NCBI GenBank assembly: GCA_964426185.1
Contig: CAYRPF010000006.1
Span: forward strand, 1 to 32,000
DNA from: an uncultured archaeon
Lineage (GTDB): Archaea; Asgardarchaeota; Lokiarchaeia; Sigyniarchaeales; Promethearchaeaceae
Reading direction: 5' to 3'
Length of the DNA stretch: 32,000 bases
The position numbers and the translations under genes are program-made. The notes beneath the pieces were generated by a model. The model made no database searches. It was not told the DNA's origin and worked only from the letters and a program-made list of their open reading frames with translations. Position 1 is the first letter of the stretch; every line of letters starts with the position of its first letter. Of this stretch, positions 26,260 to 32,000 are shown one piece after another.

Positions 26260-26333
26260 TATAGTCAAAATTCTTTTTCTTGTAAATTATCTTTTCTAGT
26301 ATTTTTCTGTAAAAAAAATTTTGGCTAATATCT

Positions 26334-27764
26334 ATGACAAAAATTCTTTCACCTCTTCCAGAAAATGATATATACCGGGAAATTTCTTCCCAACAAATTT
26401 CAGTTTCTGATGTTCCATTAGATCAAAAAGAACATGTAACTCGAAAAAAGAAGAAATCTTCACAAGAATTCTACCAATATGCTACTAAAGATTTTGATCA
26501 GATGAACAATATCGTTTTTTGGAATAGTCTAGGTTTTTTCCTTTTCACATTTTTGCTTCGGTTTGCCACTAATAAATTGCTAAATGCCTCTGGAACGGAA
26601 ACAGGATTGGTATTTGCGGCCCAAACTTTTGGGGGGTTATTAATGACACCTCTGGTGGGATATTTAACCGATCGCATGTCAAAGAAGAAATTGGTATTAT
26701 TTGGCGCTGTTGGAAGGGGATTCTCGTATATTCTTCTTTATTTCGGATTAGGAATGAATAACTTGGTATTTTTCGGTGTGGGAACGTTTTTTTTGGGGGT
26801 TGCAGTGGTTTATTTTTGGACCCCGCTTAACGCCCTGATTTCACAAAAAACCTATAAAACGGTTCGTTCCACAGCTTTTGGTAAACAAGCTGGTATGATA
26901 GGTTGGGGAAATCTACTTGGCGCACTTTTCACACTTTTATATTATTATCTCATGAATTCTTGTTTTCCAAATAATCCATGGATTCTTTTCCTACCTTTGA
27001 TCCTATTTTGCGGATTCAATGTATTTGCAGGAATCCGATTCTATTTGCACGTAGATGAATCTATATATTTTAACGATGAATTAGTTGAGAAATCTAATCT
27101 TCTACAACAGACTTATAATGAAAAAGATACTGAAATTGAAAATTTTGTTCCAGAAATAAAAAATAAACGCACTTTTTATTTGGGTATGGGAGCTCTTCTC
27201 ATTGCATTCATGATATCCGCCATTAATCAATCTATTGCTTCTCCCTTCCTTCAGATCTATATCACAGATACATTTTTCCCAATGCAAGATACCTATGAGG
27301 TCGGGATTAGTATTATGCTCATATATCTTCCCTCCGAAGTACTCTCTCAGTTATTTGCTCCGAAAATGGGGGAATTAGGAGATAAAATTAATCCTCAATT
27401 GGGGATTACTGTGATCTGTGGTCTTGGAAGTTTAATTACATGGCTGCTAATAAATCTTCATTCAATTATATGGTTTGTGCTCATTCTTCTGATTGATACA
27501 TCTTTAGCATGGGCAAATGGGTTAGTTTTGGCTAACTTGATGAGTAGAATTTCCAAAAATAATCGAGGAAAGATTTTTTCGGCGCGTCAGTGGGTATCTC
27601 TTCTAGGTGCTGCTATAGGTCCGATTTTGGGAGGATTGGCATGGGAATATTTAAATCATTATGCGCCATTCAGAATCTCTATTTTTGTAGAGCTGGCATT
27701 AATCCCCCTCTATTGGATGGCGATAAAATGGTTGAATCCCTTTATGGAAGAAAAACTTGATTAA
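26334..27764 (+). CDS. Major facilitator superfamily transporter
   Basis: About 12 hydrophobic helices; motif A variants GYLTDRMSKK and GELGDKIN; GAAIGPILGG near the C-terminus. Confidence 0.93.
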   Translation: MTKILSPLPENDIYREISSQQISVSDVPLDQKEHVTRKKKKSSQEFYQYATKDFDQMNNIVFWNSLGFFLFTFLLRFATNKLLNASGTETGLVFAAQTFGGLLMTPLVGYLTDRMSKKKLVLFGAVGRGFSYILLYFGLGMNNLVFFGVGTFFLGVAVVYFWTPLNALISQKTYKTVRSTAFGKQAGMIGWGNLLGALFTLLYYYLMNSCFPNNPWILFLPLILFCGFNVFAGIRFYLHVDESIYFNDELVEKSNLLQQTYNEKDTEIENFVPEIKNKRTFYLGMGALLIAFMISAINQSIASPFLQIYITDTFFPMQDTYEVGISIMLIYLPSEVLSQLFAPKMGELGDKINPQLGITVICGLGSLITWLLINLHSIIWFVLILLIDTSLAWANGLVLANLMSRISKNNRGKIFSARQWVSLLGAAIGPILGGLAWEYLNHYAPFRISIFVELALIPLYWMAIKWLNPFMEEKLD

Positions 27765-27778
27765 ATACCTCAATCTCT

Positions 27779-30136
27779 TTATCGTTCGTGTGTGATATCC
27801 CATATAATTTTATTTAATTCTGCAAAATCTCCAATAATTTGATCCTTTTTTACATTCCATCCTAAAATCTGATAGATTTTGGTCTGCAAATGCCTGGTTT
27901 TCAATTCTTTTAGAATGGTTAGGTTATAATAATTCTCTTTTTTCAAACTGGAGTTATTTCTCTTTAATAATGATTCGATTTCCAAATTTGCAATTGATTT
28001 TACTTTCCTTTCCATATTTTGGGAGTGCATTACCAGTTTTTGATGTAATGGGTTATGCAAATCAAAATCTGGGAGAAAGAAGGTAAATGGGAGTTTATGA
28101 ATATCGCGGGCGGATTTTTCAATTCTAACGGCTTTAGTGAGATCGGGAGCATTTAAAAAGCCCATTACATAGTATGCTTCATCTATGGAACTAAGTTTCA
28201 AAAAATAGTTGGTGGTATCTACAATAACATGTGGATCAAGAAGCAGTGCGGCTTTTACGTAGGATCCACTTCGCTGATACACCACTTTAATTGGACTGAG
28301 ATGTCGAGGATTGGTTAGATTATTATGGAAATTAATTCTTTCCCATAAAGAGCGTATTGCTGCACCTGATTTATGATTTTCTTGAAAAATTTGTTCTAAT
28401 ATTTGATAATAATGCCATCCCTTTGAGTTTTTCTCTTGGATTTTTCTGTATCTATGGGAATCACCATCAAGTTCAATTGGAATAAAAGCATAATCAAAAT
28501 GAGTAAAAGCGAAAGGAATCAAGTGCTTACTTTTTAAAATTGGGAAAATATACCTCGATTCCACTAAGATTTTGCCGAAATGATATATATCTGGATATTT
28601 TTTCAATTGACTTTCCAAATCAAAATCCCAATTAGCTTTTGATTCTTTATTTTGAGGAATTATAACCAATTTTCCAGATGATTCAAATTGGGGCAAAATC
28701 GAAAGCAACGAGCGAGGAAAAATGTCCGCTCCTCGATGGGAGAGACGATAGTACGAATTATTTCCATGAGGTAGGAGAGATTGCAGGTTTTTCTTTTCTT
28801 CCTTTTTAATCAACTTTTGAACTTGCAATCGACTATTTTGTCTCTTTATTCTGGAAGGAATCAAAAAATATCGCTCCTTTAAGTGGAAATTCCAGTTATT
28901 TCCTTCTTTATGAGCACTAAATTCAAGATTTTCCAGCTCCAGATTATTTAATTCACTTTCAGATCGAATCAATCTGGGAGAATATCTAGCAAAAATGCAA
29001 ATATGGGGAACAGAGAATATATCGAGGTCGAAAGACCAAATAGATATGCCGTCAAACTCAGGAAATGTTCGTGTTATTGCGTGATTGCTTCCAGTGATAA
29101 ACGCATTACTTACTACCAAAGCAATAACACCATTTCTAACCAAAAATTCACGGCTTTGAAAAAAAAATAAGGCGCTAATTTCAATATTAGGAACTTGATG
29201 AGGCTTCGGTTTAAATCCTAACTTAGATGCTAATTTTTTCACCTTTTCCTTATATTTCAGATGTTGCATGCTTTTAATGGTAATCCAAGCTGGATTTCCA
29301 ATAATCAAATCAAATTTGTGAGTTATTTTATCTACAGAGAAATATTTATTTTCCCAAAAAAGCACACTTTCATGATAAATTTGAATTTTTTGCCAAGGAA
29401 AATCGATTTTTGAAAGATGCAAGGCCAAAATGATATTCATTCTCGCCAAAGCACAAGCAAGTGGGTTAATATCAAATCCAAAAACATTTTTCGCTGCTTT
29501 TTTTTTTTCATCCAGTGAATGTTGAGTATTAAAAATTATAATTTTAAGAATTTCGATTAGAAAAACTCCAGTACCGCAAGCGGGATCCATAATCTTCTGG
29601 CCAAATTCATAAGTCTCTACAACCATTTTCGAAGCTAAGTCCGGTGGAGTGTAAAACTCACCCAAGTTGTGGCGAACCTTAGGAGATACTAGTTTTTGAT
29701 AAAACAAATGAAAAAAATCTCCAAAAATTGGATAAGATTTATGGTTTTGCTCCGTTGAATTTAGTTTCAATTGATCCGAAATAGGCGTGTTGATATGAAA
29801 GTCGGAGAAAAATTCGGTAAACCATCCAAAATAAGAGGAACCGCTAAGCTCAGGAAAAACCCGGTTAAAATCCAACGATGATTCTAGATTACAAAAGATT
29901 TCTTTGATTATAATCACGCAATATAGATGCTTGAAAAATAGATCTTCGGTGAGATTTTGTGCACTATAGAAGATTAGGAAGGATTTATTCCATATTTCAT
30001 AATTTTCCTCAAATTTTCTTCTAAAATGTGGATCTATTTTTTTCTTTTCGCTTAACTCATAGAAAAATTGGTTAAATACTTTAGAATCCTGCCCGAAATT
30101 TTCATCTAAAAATTTATCGTTGAGAAAAAGTTCCAC
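27779..30136 (-). CDS. N6-adenine-type DNA methyltransferase (gamma class, Eco57I/type IIG-like) with long C-terminal target-recognition region
   Basis: LGEFYTP (motif X), IMDPACGTGVF (motif I), GFDINP and FDLIIGNPAW (motif IV variant). Confidence 0.88.
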   Translation of the reverse strand: MELFLNDKFLDENFGQDSKVFNQFFYELSEKKKIDPHFRRKFEENYEIWNKSFLIFYSAQNLTEDLFFKHLYCVIIIKEIFCNLESSLDFNRVFPELSGSSYFGWFTEFFSDFHINTPISDQLKLNSTEQNHKSYPIFGDFFHLFYQKLVSPKVRHNLGEFYTPPDLASKMVVETYEFGQKIMDPACGTGVFLIEILKIIIFNTQHSLDEKKKAAKNVFGFDINPLACALARMNIILALHLSKIDFPWQKIQIYHESVLFWENKYFSVDKITHKFDLIIGNPAWITIKSMQHLKYKEKVKKLASKLGFKPKPHQVPNIEISALFFFQSREFLVRNGVIALVVSNAFITGSNHAITRTFPEFDGISIWSFDLDIFSVPHICIFARYSPRLIRSESELNNLELENLEFSAHKEGNNWNFHLKERYFLIPSRIKRQNSRLQVQKLIKKEEKKNLQSLLPHGNNSYYRLSHRGADIFPRSLLSILPQFESSGKLVIIPQNKESKANWDFDLESQLKKYPDIYHFGKILVESRYIFPILKSKHLIPFAFTHFDYAFIPIELDGDSHRYRKIQEKNSKGWHYYQILEQIFQENHKSGAAIRSLWERINFHNNLTNPRHLSPIKVVYQRSGSYVKAALLLDPHVIVDTTNYFLKLSSIDEAYYVMGFLNAPDLTKAVRIEKSARDIHKLPFTFFLPDFDLHNPLHQKLVMHSQNMERKVKSIANLEIESLLKRNNSSLKKENYYNLTILKELKTRHLQTKIYQILGWNVKKDQIIGDFAELNKIIWDITHER

Positions 30137-30201
30137 ATCATAATATTTCCAAGATAGGAAAAAAAAGTAGCGGTTATTGAATTATTCACATTACAAAAAA
30201 A

Positions 30202-30825
30202 TTATTCAACAGGGTAAGGAACTCCGCCTTCCATTTTAAATTTTTGACCACAAGCTTCACAAAAAGCGGAATCACTTTTTTTTAATAGAGAAACCATGGA
30301 TTTAGGCATCACTGCCCCACAATTGGAACAATGAAATTTCGAAGGTTCATCTTCACCTTTCTCTTTTTCACCTTTTTCTGTTGATGGTTTCTTTGCCTGG
30401 TTCATCCCTTTCTTATCTTGTTGAGTTACCTTCTTGGCGATTTCTTCACGTGTCATTATCAAATCTTTCTCTGACTTGGGAAAGAAGAAGATTTTTAACC
30501 GTCGAATGGAGTTTTTATAGATTTCTACGACTGTTGCAAATTTTTGGTATCTGAAAAAACCGAAAGGAATTATAAAGAATACCCATGCAACAGAAAATAA
30601 TATTATGACGATAACGAAAAGAATTAACTTCAAAATCCAGAAAATTCCTTTGAATATAGCTGCAAATCCATCTAGAATTCTATAAAGAAAATACAACAAT
30701 GTAGCCAGCAAAGCAAAAACTACAATTCCAATAATAACCTTTTCTGGAGTTTCCATGGCTAAATAATTTTGCCACATACTGCTAAATCCTAACAAATTCA
30801 CGGTTGAAAGAATGAATTGGATCAT
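30202..30825 (-). CDS. Membrane protein with C-terminal zinc ribbon
   Basis: Two hydrophobic segments followed by CSNC...CEAC. The start is uncertain (ATG 30825 or 30777 preferred over the longer ORF). Confidence 0.7.
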   Translation of the reverse strand: MIQFILSTVNLLGFSSMWQNYLAMETPEKVIIGIVVFALLATLLYFLYRILDGFAAIFKGIFWILKLILFVIVIILFSVAWVFFIIPFGFFRYQKFATVVEIYKNSIRRLKIFFFPKSEKDLIMTREEIAKKVTQQDKKGMNQAKKPSTEKGEKEKGEDEPSKFHCSNCGAVMPKSMVSLLKKSDSAFCEACGQKFKMEGGVPYPVE

Positions 30826-30951
30826 TAATATGCACTTCATTATGATGATATTATTGTTATATAATATTATCTCTTTTATTAGAAATAACTTTAGGCCAAA
30901 ATTTGGCGTAGGATCTAACACTTTTATTTTATGGAATTTTAGATTATGCTA

Positions 30952-32000
30952 ATGGAAAAAAACTTTGATAGATCATCTTCAAGCGATTTAACTTTCCGAT
31001 TCGGCACTTGCACCAAAGATTGCTACGGAGCTTGCGTATTTTCCGGTTTATGGAATGACAACAACATTCACCAGCCACTTAAAAAAACCATCCCTTCTGA
31101 AAATCACCCTTTCACTCAAGGAACCTTTTGCCCTAAATTCAGCAACAAGATTGGTTCTATCTATCATCCTTCAAGACTAAAACACCCATTGAAACGAATG
31201 AACGAAAAACCCTGTCCAATTTCCGATTTTAATACCATTAGCATGGATGATGCTTGGGAAATCTTAAATCAAAAATTATTAGATATTTACATTAAGTACG
31301 GTCCTGAGAAATTATTAGCCGCTTTTTATTCTGGAAACACCGGTTTACTCTCACAATATTCCCCATTACGTTTTTTTCATCAAATAAATGCTTTGGTTAC
31401 CAATGGTGGGATATGCAATGAGGGGGGTTGCGCCGGGTTGAGTCAACTCTTCGGCACTTATTCACTCTCCCACCCTCTTCAAATCTTACGCCCCGAAAGC
31501 GATTTGATAGTTATTTGGAATTCAGATTTGACTAATAACAATAACCATGCCCATTTATTAGTTAGAAAAGCTCAACAGCGCGGCGCCAAATTGGTTGTAA
31601 TCGATTCCCGTCGTACCAAAATTGCAGAACAAGCTGATTATTTTTACCAAATCTCTCTGAATACGTCTCATTTGTTTAGTTTGGCGATAATTAGAGAAAT
31701 ATTGCAGAAGAAAGCAGAAAATAAAGAATTTCTAAACAAATATGTAAAAGATTGGGAAGTTATTAAAAGTTTAATTGAAAATCTTGAATTTATTAACTTA
31801 TTAAAGATCCTTGGTTTGACTCAAAATGATCTTGAAGAGATAACATCACTGCTTATCGAAAATATGGAACACAGTCTTTTTATGATTGGATATGGAACTC
31901 AAAAAGATCGTTTTGGGGGTTACTATGTTCAAATAATCGCTTTACTTCAAATAATTTTAGGAAATATTGGAAAAGCGGGCGCTGGAATCATTTATTCTTT
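30952..32000 (+). CDS. Molybdopterin (bis-MGD) oxidoreductase catalytic subunit, partial (runs off the window edge)
   Basis: Not in the ORF track; translated by hand. Shows GTCTKDCYGAC...HPFTQGTFCPK ([4Fe-4S] motif), RLKHPLKR, GGICNEGG (putative Cys ligand) and GAKLVVIDSRRTKIAEQAD. Alternative ATG at 30946. Confidence 0.9.
   Translation, partial: MEKNFDRSSSSDLTFRFGTCTKDCYGACVFSGLWNDNNIHQPLKKTIPSENHPFTQGTFCPKFSNKIGSIYHPSRLKHPLKRMNEKPCPISDFNTISMDDAWEILNQKLLDIYIKYGPEKLLAAFYSGNTGLLSQYSPLRFFHQINALVTNGGICNEGGCAGLSQLFGTYSLSHPLQILRPESDLIVIWNSDLTNNNNHAHLLVRKAQQRGAKLVVIDSRRTKIAEQADYFYQISLNTSHLFSLAIIREILQKKAENKEFLNKYVKDWEVIKSLIENLEFINLLKILGLTQNDLEEITSLLIENMEHSLFMIGYGTQKDRFGGYYVQIIALLQIILGNIGKAGAGIIYS

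Noticed and set aside
30826-30921. Upstream extension of the membrane Zn-ribbon ORF
   Set aside because: Non-ATG start in AT-rich sequence that more plausibly holds the divergent promoters.
1-32000. tRNA, rRNA, transposase or integrase genes
   Set aside because: None recognised by eye; a tRNAscan/Infernal run would be needed to exclude small RNAs.

Overview
AT-rich archaeal chromosomal window, most likely from an Asgard archaeon of the Lokiarchaeia type. This is inferred from the combination of a Rab-like small GTPase, a longin-like protein, a gelsolin-domain protein, an archaeal-type smc-scpA-scpB operon and oligo-T terminators. In order, the window holds an M32 carboxypeptidase, a glutaredoxin, a divergent longin/Rab pair, a histidine-utilisation cluster (long-form hutU, hutH, fused ftcD; no hutI in the window), a small Zn-finger protein, a COG1031-like radical SAM enzyme and a Gfo/Idh/MocA oxidoreductase. 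These are followed by smc-scpA-scpB, a 914-aa gelsolin/helical-repeat/Ig-like protein, a decayed stretch, an orphan 2-TM histidine kinase, a double-HTH regulator with an MFS transporter, an orphan N6-adenine-type DNA methyltransferase, a membrane Zn-ribbon protein and a molybdopterin oxidoreductase cut by the window edge. The best candidate for an undescribed system is the SMC complex. The 1487-aa Smc has an intact ATPase head but no recognisable hinge or zinc hook; its centre is a 72-aa tandem helical duplication around a Pro turn, and its arms are built from ~90/97-aa repeats. Its partners carry oppositely charged N-terminal tails (basic on ScpA, acidic on ScpB). All calls come from reading motifs by eye; no searches were run, so novelty is unverified.
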